The notes under the pieces are model-generated. The model did no database searches, had not been told where the DNA came from, and saw nothing but the letters and a program-made list of their open reading frames with translations. From positions 1 through 53,046 of the IMG/VR virus record IMGVR_UViG_3300032117_001271: a stretch of DNA of 53,046 nucleotides; one strand, 5' to 3'. Positions 31,401-38,501 of this stretch are shown piece by piece (position 1 is the first letter of the stretch; the number at the start of each line of letters is the position of its first letter). The stretch is from a virus. Lineage: Duplodnaviria > Caudoviricetes. Both the position numbers and the translations under genes were made by a program.

Positions 31401-34045
31401 TCATAAGCAATCGCTTCTGCAATATACTTCATTGCATTTTGGAATTGTGTTGCACCGATACTAGGTGCACCATATTGACTAACAAAATAGTGCCATGCAT
31501 CTTCTGCAATGAACGCAACATTTAAGTTAATAGCAGTAGCGGCCGCAACATATCCAGTAATTGCACCTAATGGTGTACTCGATAATGTTGGAGTCGGACG
31601 AGATGGGCTTCCTGTAATGGTAGTTCCGTTAGGACCATATGTTAACAATGTATTAAGTGTTGTAAACAATGTATTAAGTGTACTGGTAACGTTGGTATCG
31701 TTAATAACTGTAAAGTTTGGACTTACTAAGTCTGCACTAATTGTTAAACCACTAAATGGAACACTTGAATTTTGACTTATAATTGCATTGTAAGCAAGAA
31801 ATAATTCTGTACCACTGCCTAAGAAACTAATACTTGGGTTTGATAAATTTGCATTGTAGTAAGTTTGTGCAATAGCTTCTGATGAATCACTGATAATTGT
31901 TTGAATAGAAGCAATATTAGCAATAACACTATTAACTAAAGTATCACCAGATGTTACACCAGTTAATGTTTTGTTGATGTATTGTGGAATTGTTGTTTGA
32001 TACAATGTAGTATTAGCTGTAGTACCTAACGGACTATTGATGACAATATTATTAACAAGAGTCTTAAGGTAATTAACCGCATTAATTGTCGCAGTTAATT
32101 CAGTACTTTGAATTTGTAAAGTACCGTTGGTATAGTTGTAACCCCAGTACTGCATACCTGCGTATAAACTTTGGCTATTACCACCGTACATTACATCATA
32201 CACTAAAGACCATACAATGTATTGTACGTCACGTTGGCATGTTGTTTGACTATAAGATAAACTTGAATAGTTAGCTGTTAGATATCCAACAATTTCAGCT
32301 TGAATAAATGAAATATTGTTTAACAATAATTGTTTAATAACAACTTGCTCGGCAGTTGTATTTGAATTAGAAGGATAGGTCGGAGTACTAGCACTAACAC
32401 CACTTACTAAATTCTTAATAAGTGCAATGTTGGCTGTAATCGAATTAGCCGCATCTGGATATGCTGTTGCAAAGTTACTAGAGCCGACGGTGATTGCTAA
32501 AATTCTAGTTTGTAATTTTGTTAATGCATAGGTAATTTCAGCAGTATTCAGACCAGTACCGTAGTGGGCAAAGTTTAAACCAACCATTGTACTTTGGAAG
32601 TTGCTACCGATGGCTAGGTCGTTTTCTAATGCTGTAACAACTTGATTAATATATTTTTGAACTAGGCTACTGCTATAAGAATAAGTTCCAATCTGTGTTT
32701 GAATGTAACCAATAGCATCTGTAATTTGTGCTAATTGATTTTGAATTATGTTTTGGTTAGCAAGTGTTGGATTGAACAATGAGCTAACTTGAGTAATACT
32801 TTGGAAGTTAGAACCTAACAACAAGTCATACCCGACAGCATCGATAATATTTTTAAGAATGCTGTAGTAACCTGTACTACTGAATGTGTTAACGTACTTG
32901 CTATTGATATATGCAATAGTTTCTTGTTGAATAAATGTTCTATTTGATTCTAATAAACTTTGTGCATTAGTGTATACAGTATTGGCACTATTACCGCCAG
33001 TAGCAGTTGCAGATGTCACTAACGACTGAGTCTGACTTTGATTGATAGTATATGTAATTGTTTGGCGATATGGACCTGCTTCTAATTGTGACAAGCTGAT
33101 TAAGTTTTGTGCTTGTAATGCGGCCGCACCAACAGTCTTATAAGCATACTGCCACCCGCGTCCATTACGTCCAGCTGGTACATGAACTTGAGAATCGTCA
33201 CCACTAGTACTTACATACAAGTTTACGTTACTATAATATGTGCTATTATCTACATAATATTTTGTAGCGGCTTGCAAATCACTGCTGGTATTAATAAGTC
33301 CTTGTCCTGACAACGGTGTTGGATGGTCGCTTAGTTCTAACGGACCAGTCATTGTATCGCCGCCTCTGTATACAACATCTTTACGTTGCATAACTTCGGT
33401 AGCTAGGTAGTTACTGGTTAAACTTGAGTTATAATCTGCATCTCCAGTTTGTGGTAAACTAGGTTGAGCTCGAGTTTTCAAAGCGGCTGATACTGTGTAT
33501 GTTCCTGCTTTTGTACTATTAACACCTGATCCAACAGATACTGTTGACAAATTACTTGCTACACCGGCAACGTAATGATTAATACCATAATTAACTGTAA
33601 CTGGAAGTTGGCCAAATGAAGTATTATCAGCAGTGTATAAATTATTAAATGAATTAACAACTGCTGGGCTTGGATCTACAAAGTTACCAACATAGTTGTG
33701 CGCCACGTTCATAGACGCATTTAATGTTGGACTTGTGTCAGAAACTAATTTAGCGGCGGTAGTTGATAAGTTAATACCTGTCGAAGTAAACGCAATATTA
33801 ACAGTTCTGTCATTACTAGTTAATGTTCTTGCACTTAATTTAGTTCCGTCGGTGCTACCTGCAATCAATTGATTAGCAGTATATACTGTACCATCTGACA
33901 AACTTCCAAGAGTTAAAGCACCACCTAGACCGAAAACAGCATAAAGTTCTGTAAAATTCTGGTTAACCTTGATAAAAGATTCGCGGATACTATCGCCGGT
34001 ACCGTCATTTCCTTGGATACCTGTATTAATTACTTTTTGTGTCAT
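22415..34045 (-). CDS. Giant (3876 aa) tail fibre/structural protein with a C-terminal intramolecular-chaperone (peptidase G2-like) domain
   Basis: gp9/10-like N-terminus, DAxTKxYVD fibre motifs, beta-helix-like segments, helical CxRD repeats and C-terminal ADLAEYY...GTVV...LAGRVPCKV...KGDMLTTS...IIGKALE. Confidence 0.85.
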   Translation of the reverse strand: MTQKVINTGIQGNDGTGDSIRESFIKVNQNFTELYAVFGLGGALTLGSLSDGTVYTANQLIAGSTDGTKLSARTLTSNDRTVNIAFTSTGINLSTTAAKLVSDTSPTLNASMNVAHNYVGNFVDPSPAVVNSFNNLYTADNTSFGQLPVTVNYGINHYVAGVASNLSTVSVGSGVNSTKAGTYTVSAALKTRAQPSLPQTGDADYNSSLTSNYLATEVMQRKDVVYRGGDTMTGPLELSDHPTPLSGQGLINTSSDLQAATKYYVDNSTYYSNVNLYVSTSGDDSQVHVPAGRNGRGWQYAYKTVGAAALQAQNLISLSQLEAGPYRQTITYTINQSQTQSLVTSATATGGNSANTVYTNAQSLLESNRTFIQQETIAYINSKYVNTFSSTGYYSILKNIIDAVGYDLLLGSNFQSITQVSSLFNPTLANQNIIQNQLAQITDAIGYIQTQIGTYSYSSSLVQKYINQVVTALENDLAIGSNFQSTMVGLNFAHYGTGLNTAEITYALTKLQTRILAITVGSSNFATAYPDAANSITANIALIKNLVSGVSASTPTYPSNSNTTAEQVVIKQLLLNNISFIQAEIVGYLTANYSSLSYSQTTCQRDVQYIVWSLVYDVMYGGNSQSLYAGMQYWGYNYTNGTLQIQSTELTATINAVNYLKTLVNNIVINSPLGTTANTTLYQTTIPQYINKTLTGVTSGDTLVNSVIANIASIQTIISDSSEAIAQTYYNANLSNPSISFLGSGTELFLAYNAIISQNSSVPFSGLTISADLVSPNFTVINDTNVTSTLNTLFTTLNTLLTYGPNGTTITGSPSRPTPTLSSTPLGAITGYVAAATAINLNVAFIAEDAWHYFVSQYGAPSIGATQFQNAMKYIAEAIAYDITYTNSNVNSTAATVFAAQQALLYTSGSTEATYMYLTIKNRMSYVVSDIASGQSISGVLGLVPGYTYTNTQTSSTGSSNASTQIGALLTIAENIINSSGSTTPALPSVLSYTNVEFYPAFLIIESNDATIASSVVSYLNGKYTGGFNYNQSLCYRDVGYLVDALVIDAITSDSNAGITANFQSVNAGKAYYKNASAQTIAIGTQRVETLDGLNFSFQLMLQVLNQTQALRYQSAVTQTPYDSTKTSAVGAITNITGNYNTFYSIITNGYGSAPATPNYGDGLYQIQFSNGGRGYVDQGTPGDVHILPGKILIGGTSGAQGVIVSYTPGTTQSYDTIYVKMTQPGFFVANETLDFGETVANLNITIFVESGIYYEDFPIKIPANVTIRGDDFRRTIIRPLNRISQSNWRSAFFYRDVVVDNLLVGQINFPSLNRGGVDYASSDSITISATTGYITATLSTTNALTSWIGLILMVATSDPYGTAAKAVVTNVSGNILYCTVLQGYPFANSNVSPNVLAGGSWHLYNGLPYGRHYLTDPSNFYSTPLNNKQIDMFLVNDATRVKLITGQGHGGFMMVLDAEGQIKTKSPYAQESASFSGSINEPRFAGGQFIDGFSGRLYGNIISIGANASGTNGTSLTVQGSANTGLDVRKPQVPCSFFIQGIRYQVNDVASYSQSVTVATTTYVSGGASGASTIVVASANNIVAGQLVTGTGVPAWTYVSPNYTAGSTTIQLTTNLIAQAAGTYTFSVPQVTVTLDNSTPFYPLTAFGGSFSTLQTILNNLINALAYDNVFSTNYQSVKQALTLLQPQYSYTGLQLALLLQSISYTGSLIAGLTSPSVSSNGQTSVANNISTILNILNNGVAAVPTITWTSPVTTSYNTAYQVNAKNILQANKAFVQQEITAWINANYNVSTNTYYSAAKSQRDIGYIIDALTYDIMYNNSSGNSNSMTYDTAMSFYSSGTSLLTGTQSICVASYARLSTVLQAILLNTPVTPTAGNNVAQITNLTAASSTEVSRISTLVSQLSSYVSSGSWGSVTRNVPTYTSQTSGLVTDFTTITGNASTALVTPTVTYISNGGNLLINFETAGNRSMLANDFTQVNDLGYGVLATNNGLTEQVSTFTYYCHTAYWALNGAQIRSVAGSNAQGDYGLRASGYDLTQLPNIVTLANDQVQTARIYKQGITLSYMTPTSSVPALSIWVTGYKYTPYNNSEVEIDHTLQGGGVTRYLVSSIQHTGIEVLVNGTSQDVLQLTFSTTGQSSATGLQYAVYDGQQVTIRVLQNQKVLNVATVHPTRPSTSLQYSSNLASIYRIITYNLSESTGETLVGLGTPFIAVVSAGSTSSSVIQVTNPTGTIAIGQLVTGSGLNGTYTVYAVTLVSGTTYAVTLTSPPGSNPIGQTYTFQAQTLTTSIIQTDSSFNYFQLSSDPANVINADPTAYSSGYAKGTCVSYTVSAGPTYTLVVAMSTAPVVGQVVGGLGLNGNIVATVSGPSGGNYTVTLSKAANTTTPPVAGVPIWFTNYTQGATIGDNKIAITSIANSATISQINNGSYVTTWGGRVHRITGYVGPLSTATATYVSGGTSTSGSPTTLVVSSVGGTIIAGMVVYSSGGYTAGQTVVGTPVYNSLTGQTTITLSATANIAGTQTGTIYFSQVVSSVTGLPVASNAYLIIDPNSTLNLASNGLTPAALTFAGAQTSVNGTSYEFVTYNVPNTQTNAAPTPVLPPVDSWLTISGSSSAPFNNTNAYNINLPVQVVGAISVTTIQVPSTAGLAVGMIVSSTTPNAIIPPNCIVQSVSLDTYTFTVSPAVWIPSGGNITAQFPTTVASIQVINAGAGEYATAPTITIASPGNGGVQATATATVTNGYVNGPLLTLINGGTGYTGVPTVTASYGTATFLAVLSSNTVFSQTITAETGNAISTVNQVTVAYPATLSNTITGTATAVAASGNVITLSSSSGLSVGNQIIFTTPVNGSALGNLVSGTPYYILSVGVGSITISGTQNGTVFSPLSTGTATGTMNFSATAFTFGTPFAISAASASGSGTSTYAVTFTVASMNVVNGSYYRVYGSSNPLFNGTWPCTSTTNTGVNTIVLTYPSNPGSFTGTAYVALETTTSSSSTLGIGRPFSLTANNSLRVGCSAGTTGQIIVNISTCRVTGHDFLGIGTGGYNTTNYPNTIYGPPSLSANPANQVLEETVGRVFYVSTDENGIFRVGRFFTVDQGTGTVTFSASIALSNLSGLGFKQGVVVTQFSTDATMNDNSTSIVPVQSAIRSYVDYRLGVTQSGAPVSAANLIKPGFLPLNGILPMSANLNLGNNTINNVGLPINATDATNKQYVDAINYLAQQKDVNINNPVPGNILVYDTTTGYVSATATGVNTITLVASANSTVSTLEVGDTIIFAGTSQGGVTNGTYYITGISGNNITVSAALDGSTFAVTANYTGGSGGFTWTSSRWRNILVPQGTGSSAVTGGSTTAGTATITYTSGSTLFPIGSTVVITGCVPITYNGIFTVTAASAGSVSFANSYSSGSLTAYGTIIGNSVSISYNGGAGGSLTSEINSNSIVDSMVISTANIQQSKLLLNVPGATYTTTVESTAASASPTVISNGTTLSSYPTGTPQQIQAANGLASFNSAVFTQTNGWVNLQNASNANGDGTGNYKTGIPQTALQFMSAGTVLGNLTGVAGNANPTYPQPISFANIVTNGNAVTNQWFTSTGIMTVSSVSTGTFNGSTVSGLGNHYTTTNITQSGGSNPHAASSIVQTGTDGTIDVAGLNLNSYPTVSLSGTTGVFFTTPGSYNWQYMSVSGSSNPSGTIQLGSGGYIDTSSSSGLFVNSIVAGGANPSSNPVAPGGTGNAGSVYGKATFEGQFSLVGGSTMIATYSADLAEYYEGDAEYDVGTVVIFGGDKEITTTTTINDTALAGVVSSTEKAAYVMYSDCPGLKNLVALAGRVPCKVVGRVKKGDMLTTSATAGYAVKALNPTLGAIIGKALEDKDYGEAGIIEVAVGRN

Positions 34046-34048
34046 TTA

Positions 34049-34372
34049 TTAAACTCCGAAGCTGGAACCACAGCCGCATGTTGTTGTTGCGTTAGGATTC
34101 TTTATAGTAAAACTACTGCCCATTAATTCTTCTTTATAATCTATCTCTGCACCTTGCAGATATTGCATGCTCATACTGTCTACTAGAACGCGAAATTCGT
34201 CTAAAGGAATTTCAAAATCGTCTTCGTTGACTTCTTCGTCAATGGTAAAACCGTAGCTAAATCCGCTACAGCCACCGCCTTGTACAAAAGTACGTAGTGC
34301 TACTTTGGGATTGTTTTCTTCTAGTAGAATATCTTTGATTTTTGTCTTTGCAGATTCGGAAATAGTAATCAT
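34049..34372 (-). CDS. erpA: A-type Fe-S cluster carrier (ErpA/IscA/HesB family; likely start MITIS at 34372)
   Basis: [11 protein letters not shown] and [14 protein letters not shown] motifs. Confidence 0.92.
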   Translation of the reverse strand: MITISESAKTKIKDILLEENNPKVALRTFVQGGGCSGFSYGFTIDEEVNEDDFEIPLDEFRVLVDSMSMQYLQGAEIDYKEELMGSSFTIKNPNATTTCGCGSSFGV

Positions 34373-34431
34373 AATTGCCCTCGATATGATATTTATCAAA
34401 GGTATTTTATAACCTTAATGTAAATACAATT

Positions 34432-34719
34432 ATGTATATTGGTACTGAATTCCGTGAAAACTTCTATGTGCGTACCAGTAAAAAGGGTAACGTACATACA
34501 TATAACCGCAAAAAAAGAGTGGTAATCTTTCGTTGTGATAGTTGCCAGGAAGTGTTTCACCGCGACAAAGGGGCGATGGATCCTAATCGTTTAAACAACA
34601 ATTATTATCATGTTTGTGGGTGCTGTGATGTTAAAAAATTTGCCCAATCAAAGGGCGTAGAATCTCGAAAAGTTTGGGATATGCCAGCAAGCAGTCTTAA
34701 GACACTTGACCAACTTTAG
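34432..34719 (+). CDS. Small Zn-ribbon protein
   Basis: CDSC...CGCC with a basic N-terminus; TAAATA ends 5 nt before the ATG. Confidence 0.7.
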   Translation: MYIGTEFRENFYVRTSKKGNVHTYNRKKRVVIFRCDSCQEVFHRDKGAMDPNRLNNNYYHVCGCCDVKKFAQSKGVESRKVWDMPASSLKTLDQL

Positions 34720-35528
34720 CTTTTATAATCCGGATCGCCCGGATGTATTTGACTATATCCACGCTTCCATTCTTTTCTATATTGATCAGCTGGAATAAGT
34801 CCAGAAAAATCCAATTTCTTAGCAACTCTATCTTTGAGTTGCGGGTAAAGTTTTTGTATATACGCTTTATCTTTACTGCGAGGACCTATCAAGGTATAAC
34901 TTCCCGGCTCAGTTTCATAACCTACAAACCACTCGGTAGGTGCAGTCTTTCTTGGAGGATTACCGCTGGTATATCCGTTGTCATGTATTTGTAATTTTTT
35001 AGGATCTGTATAATCGTTCTGCGGTTGGGGACCAGTATCATCAGTCGATTGAGCTAAGGGATTTTTACCTTCCTTGCGCCACGGTGTAATTTTTACACCT
35101 GTCGCACGAGCATGATCAAAAAAACCTCTGGGGATTTTTAAGTCAGGATCATATTGGATTTCGACTACAAATGGTGATTTTATAGGAATAGGTTTAAATA
35201 CCTGTTCTTCTGTTTCATATTTGTAATGCATCATAGCACCGACTTTAGGAACTACTTTGTAGCCGTGCTTACGTAAAGCATTTTTATCTATAACAAATTG
35301 AGCCACACCATGCCCGTAGGGAAAATGCAAGTATTGATTACGAGTTAGACTTATGCGTGGAATAGATTCTTCACCATTTTCTTGATCCATGTCTTGATCA
35401 AAGTCAAAGGGCTCTTGAGGTTTTAAAGCACCACTTTTTAATATCTTCATCATAGTAGGACCGTCTGGCACTCCGTGATATAAGAATTGATCGTTTACAC
35501 CCTCGTTTAATAGTTCCCAGATTTTCAT
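34716..35528 (-). CDS. Putative ADP-ribosyltransferase-fold protein with MKIWELLNE leader
   Basis: LYHG...ILKSGALKP...ISLTRN...FVID...ETEEQV follows the order of the ART core strands. Confidence 0.5.
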   Translation of the reverse strand: MKIWELLNEGVNDQFLYHGVPDGPTMMKILKSGALKPQEPFDFDQDMDQENGEESIPRISLTRNQYLHFPYGHGVAQFVIDKNALRKHGYKVVPKVGAMMHYKYETEEQVFKPIPIKSPFVVEIQYDPDLKIPRGFFDHARATGVKITPWRKEGKNPLAQSTDDTGPQPQNDYTDPKKLQIHDNGYTSGNPPRKTAPTEWFVGYETEPGSYTLIGPRSKDKAYIQKLYPQLKDRVAKKLDFSGLIPADQYRKEWKRGYSQIHPGDPDYKS

Positions 35529-35536
35529 AGCAATAT

Positions 35537-36103
35537 TTATACGGTTCTAGCTAAACCAATCCTACTTGAGATAATATTCCAGTTCATAATTTTCCACTGG
35601 TTATTGAGATATGATTTTTTGTCACTTCCGTAATCGAATTGAAAAGAATGTTCCCACCAATCAACCAACAGTATAATGTCCATCTTAATTTCGTGATTTT
35701 TAATTGTTTTAATCTTGCCATCACGGGCTAGATATACCCATCCACTACCTTGTATTTTCATAGCTTCTTTTTCAAAAGCCTCTTTAAATCTATCAAAAGT
35801 TTTAAAATGTTTGGTAATAAATTCGCCAGCAGATCCATCCGGAGTGTTGGAAGAGCTAGGTTTCTGAAATTGTGTAAAGTACAAATCGTGTAAGAACGCA
35901 CCTGCTTCATTAAAGTCGGCGTCGCCTTCGCCATCGTTAAATTTATCTACATAGGCTTTGTATAATTTGCCATAATGATAACGTATAGTATCTTCGCTAA
36001 TACTAGGGTCTAAAGCATCTTTAGCATAAGGCAATTTAGTTTGCACCAGGGTTTTAGGTGTTTTGCCTTCATTAAGGGTAATATGCTTGATAAAATTGAA
36101 CAT
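35537..36103 (-). CDS. sod: Fe/Mn superoxide dismutase
   Basis: LPYAKDALDPSIS..TIRYHYGK, FLHDLYF, QGSGW and DWWEH motifs; all four metal ligands are present. Confidence 0.9.
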   Translation of the reverse strand: MFNFIKHITLNEGKTPKTLVQTKLPYAKDALDPSISEDTIRYHYGKLYKAYVDKFNDGEGDADFNEAGAFLHDLYFTQFQKPSSSNTPDGSAGEFITKHFKTFDRFKEAFEKEAMKIQGSGWVYLARDGKIKTIKNHEIKMDIILLVDWWEHSFQFDYGSDKKSYLNNQWKIMNWNIISSRIGLARTV

Positions 36104-36110
36104 AGTGTAT

Positions 36111-37016
36111 TTATCTGTACTTTATTAAGTAGTTTTTTCTATAATCTAAAAAATTAGGATTCAATTGGTAGCTTCTAAGTTTAGAACAAAGCTGTTTATA
36201 CTGATCGTCACTCATGTCTCCCCAACTCCTATGGTTAGCACTTACCCATACATGGGGTGCATGTTCTCCGATAAAATTAAAAAAGCTATCAAAATCTTGA
36301 TTAAATGTATTGCTATCTCGCAAATATGGACTTGCCCATTCTTTAGATTTGTAATGATATCGTTCTAAGCCGCCATTTTTCTCTGCCCATAGCAGGTATA
36401 AAATGAATTCACTTTTACCCGGAATAGTTTTAAACCACTTGGCAAATTCGTATAATCCTCCAAAGTAGTCAATTAACGAATTTACTAGGTTAGTGTTTAG
36501 AAAAATAGGTGTACATATAGCCATGGTATTATCATCAGGCATGCCTATATCAATTCCTAAACATTTAGAATATGTTTCCCAAGTTGATAATGGCATGACA
36601 AATTTTCCGCTGTTGTAAGGAAGTTTCTCTCCCGATACACTACAAGTCCAAGATGAAATTAAGAAATTTTGAGTATCAAGTATAAAGTATCCTATAGATG
36701 AAATGTGATGTGCTATTGCTAATTTTAATATTTGTTGTGTTTCCCATCCGCTAGACCAATGATTAGTAAAACCTGGTCTCCAATCGGACCATGGTGCATC
36801 GAAATCTGATCTATGAAATACATGTAAATTTTGGTATTCGTAATACGGTGCAATTCTATTATCGAATGTTGAATGCCATTCCGAAGGGTCGGCTTCGTTT
36901 ACAACCAGATAAACATCGTGCCCTGGTGTTAAATGTTTGTAAATACTTTGTGCTTGCAGTTCAAGTAGCGCCAAATCCCTACAACATGTGACAGTAACTA
37001 AAGGTATTTTCTGCAT
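36111..37016 (-). CDS. DUF6492-like, probable glycosyltransferase-fold protein
   Basis: VTVTCCRDL, SGWETQQILKL, ILDTQNF and SEFILY motifs. Confidence 0.55.
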   Translation of the reverse strand: MQKIPLVTVTCCRDLALLELQAQSIYKHLTPGHDVYLVVNEADPSEWHSTFDNRIAPYYEYQNLHVFHRSDFDAPWSDWRPGFTNHWSSGWETQQILKLAIAHHISSIGYFILDTQNFLISSWTCSVSGEKLPYNSGKFVMPLSTWETYSKCLGIDIGMPDDNTMAICTPIFLNTNLVNSLIDYFGGLYEFAKWFKTIPGKSEFILYLLWAEKNGGLERYHYKSKEWASPYLRDSNTFNQDFDSFFNFIGEHAPHVWVSANHRSWGDMSDDQYKQLCSKLRSYQLNPNFLDYRKNYLIKYR

Positions 37017-37055
37017 GCATTATATATCGATAAATATCGTCTATGGAGAACTATT

Positions 37056-37337
37056 ATGGTAATCAAACATATTAAAAAACTACTTGGTATTAAACCAGCA
37101 GAAGTAACACCGGAAGCACCTTATAAAGTGGAAGTACCACCGGTACCAGCTGGAACGCCTTTAGTAAATGATGCAGGTAAGGTTGTTGCTATTGCAGACG
37201 GCAAGCCAGCTAAAGGTCCAAAAGTAACCTCAGCTAAAAAGACATCTAAAAAGAAAACAGTTGAAGCGCCAGTGGCAGAAACACCGGCTCCTAAAAAGCC
37301 ACGTGCTCCGAGAAAACCAAAAACAACTAATGAGTGA
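37056..37337 (+). CDS. Lys/Pro/Ala-rich basic protein
   Basis: GATAAATA and a GGAG SD upstream; histone-H1-like tail. Confidence 0.7.
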   Translation: MVIKHIKKLLGIKPAEVTPEAPYKVEVPPVPAGTPLVNDAGKVVAIADGKPAKGPKVTSAKKTSKKKTVEAPVAETPAPKKPRAPRKPKTTNE

Positions 37338-38013
37338 TATCCGAATAGTAGATGATTTTTACGAAGATCCTAATGAGATCCTCGAACTACTAAAAGGCGA
37401 TTATCCTATAACTGGTTGTGGAAGTGGCAAACGTAGCGTCGGGCTACAGGATTTATCTTTGGCTCATTTTTGGAAATTCAGAAAAGCTATCTATAACATG
37501 CATGGTTTAGATGGCAAAAATCTTCACATGTATACTTTCTTCATGCAACACGAATACAACCCTATTGAAGTGTTTAATCATAATTGGGTACACATTGACG
37601 GAAAGAATCCCGATGCTTGTAGATTAACTACAGAAGATTACAAACTAGTTTTATGTGGCCAAGTATTTTTAACACCCGATCCTGACCCGGATTGTGATAT
37701 AGAAATATGCCGTGTAAAACCTGGATTGAATTGGAGCCGTCAAGAATTGATAGATAGAACTATTAATGATTATACGAATCCAAAAGAAGATTTACAAGCA
37801 GGTCGAATTACACAAGAAGAGTTTGAAAAATTGCATGACGAGTATCACGACAATTTTGTAACAACTGAAATAGTTAAAAATAAATTTAACAGACTAGTAA
37901 CTTGGCCAGCAGGTACGTTGCACGGTGCAAGAATGAATAAAAATATGCAACGTCGACTTACACAGTTTTTCTTTATACAAAGTACAGGACCGTTAGACAC
38001 ATGGCCGGAATAA
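37330..38013 (+). CDS. 2OG-Fe(II) oxygenase-like protein (DUF6445-like; likely start MSDIR at 37330)
   Basis: IVDDFYEDP, WVHID, NKFNRLV, LHG and RLTQFFF motifs. Confidence 0.75.
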   Translation: MSDIRIVDDFYEDPNEILELLKGDYPITGCGSGKRSVGLQDLSLAHFWKFRKAIYNMHGLDGKNLHMYTFFMQHEYNPIEVFNHNWVHIDGKNPDACRLTTEDYKLVLCGQVFLTPDPDPDCDIEICRVKPGLNWSRQELIDRTINDYTNPKEDLQAGRITQEEFEKLHDEYHDNFVTTEIVKNKFNRLVTWPAGTLHGARMNKNMQRRLTQFFFIQSTGPLDTWPE

Positions 38014-38501
38014 CTGTAATACCAAATCTTGCAACACCAGAAGAGATCAAGTCTTTAATAGACGATATGCTTCCATTGGCTAGCGAAAACAACATGGTAT
38101 ATTTTGCATCTACTGGTGTGAAGGACGGAATCAAAAAAGTTAATTGTAATGATCATCCTACAGTAACAGTCTTATTAAATCGATTGTCTATAGATAAAAG
38201 CAGTTTAGACATTGCAAACTTTTTATGTTACCCGGCAGGATCTTTTAACCAAGCTCACGCCGATAATTCGATAATGGATAACGGGCAAGTAAAACGCATC
38301 AAGCCGTGGACACATACGGCTATTGTATTTTTAAATAAAGATTTTGCCGGTGGAGAACTAGTTTACCCAAATCAAGGATGTACTTTTACACCCACAGTTG
38401 GTACTTATGTCCTAGCACCGGCAGACATCGACTATGTACATCATGTCAATAAAGTACGTATAGGTGAACGCTATACGCTAGTTCTTAGATTGATTATATA
38501 A
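38001..38501 (+). CDS. 2OG-Fe(II) oxygenase (prolyl-4-hydroxylase-like)
   Basis: HAD, FLNKDFAGGEL, HHVNKV and GERYT motifs. Confidence 0.88.
   Translation: MAGITVIPNLATPEEIKSLIDDMLPLASENNMVYFASTGVKDGIKKVNCNDHPTVTVLLNRLSIDKSSLDIANFLCYPAGSFNQAHADNSIMDNGQVKRIKPWTHTAIVFLNKDFAGGELVYPNQGCTFTPTVGTYVLAPADIDYVHHVNKVRIGERYTLVLRLII

Noticed and set aside
37017-37030. ATATATAA-like motif before 37016 and a similar GTATATAA near 51569-51576, as a third promoter class
   Set aside because: Only two loose instances in AT-rich DNA; not enough support.
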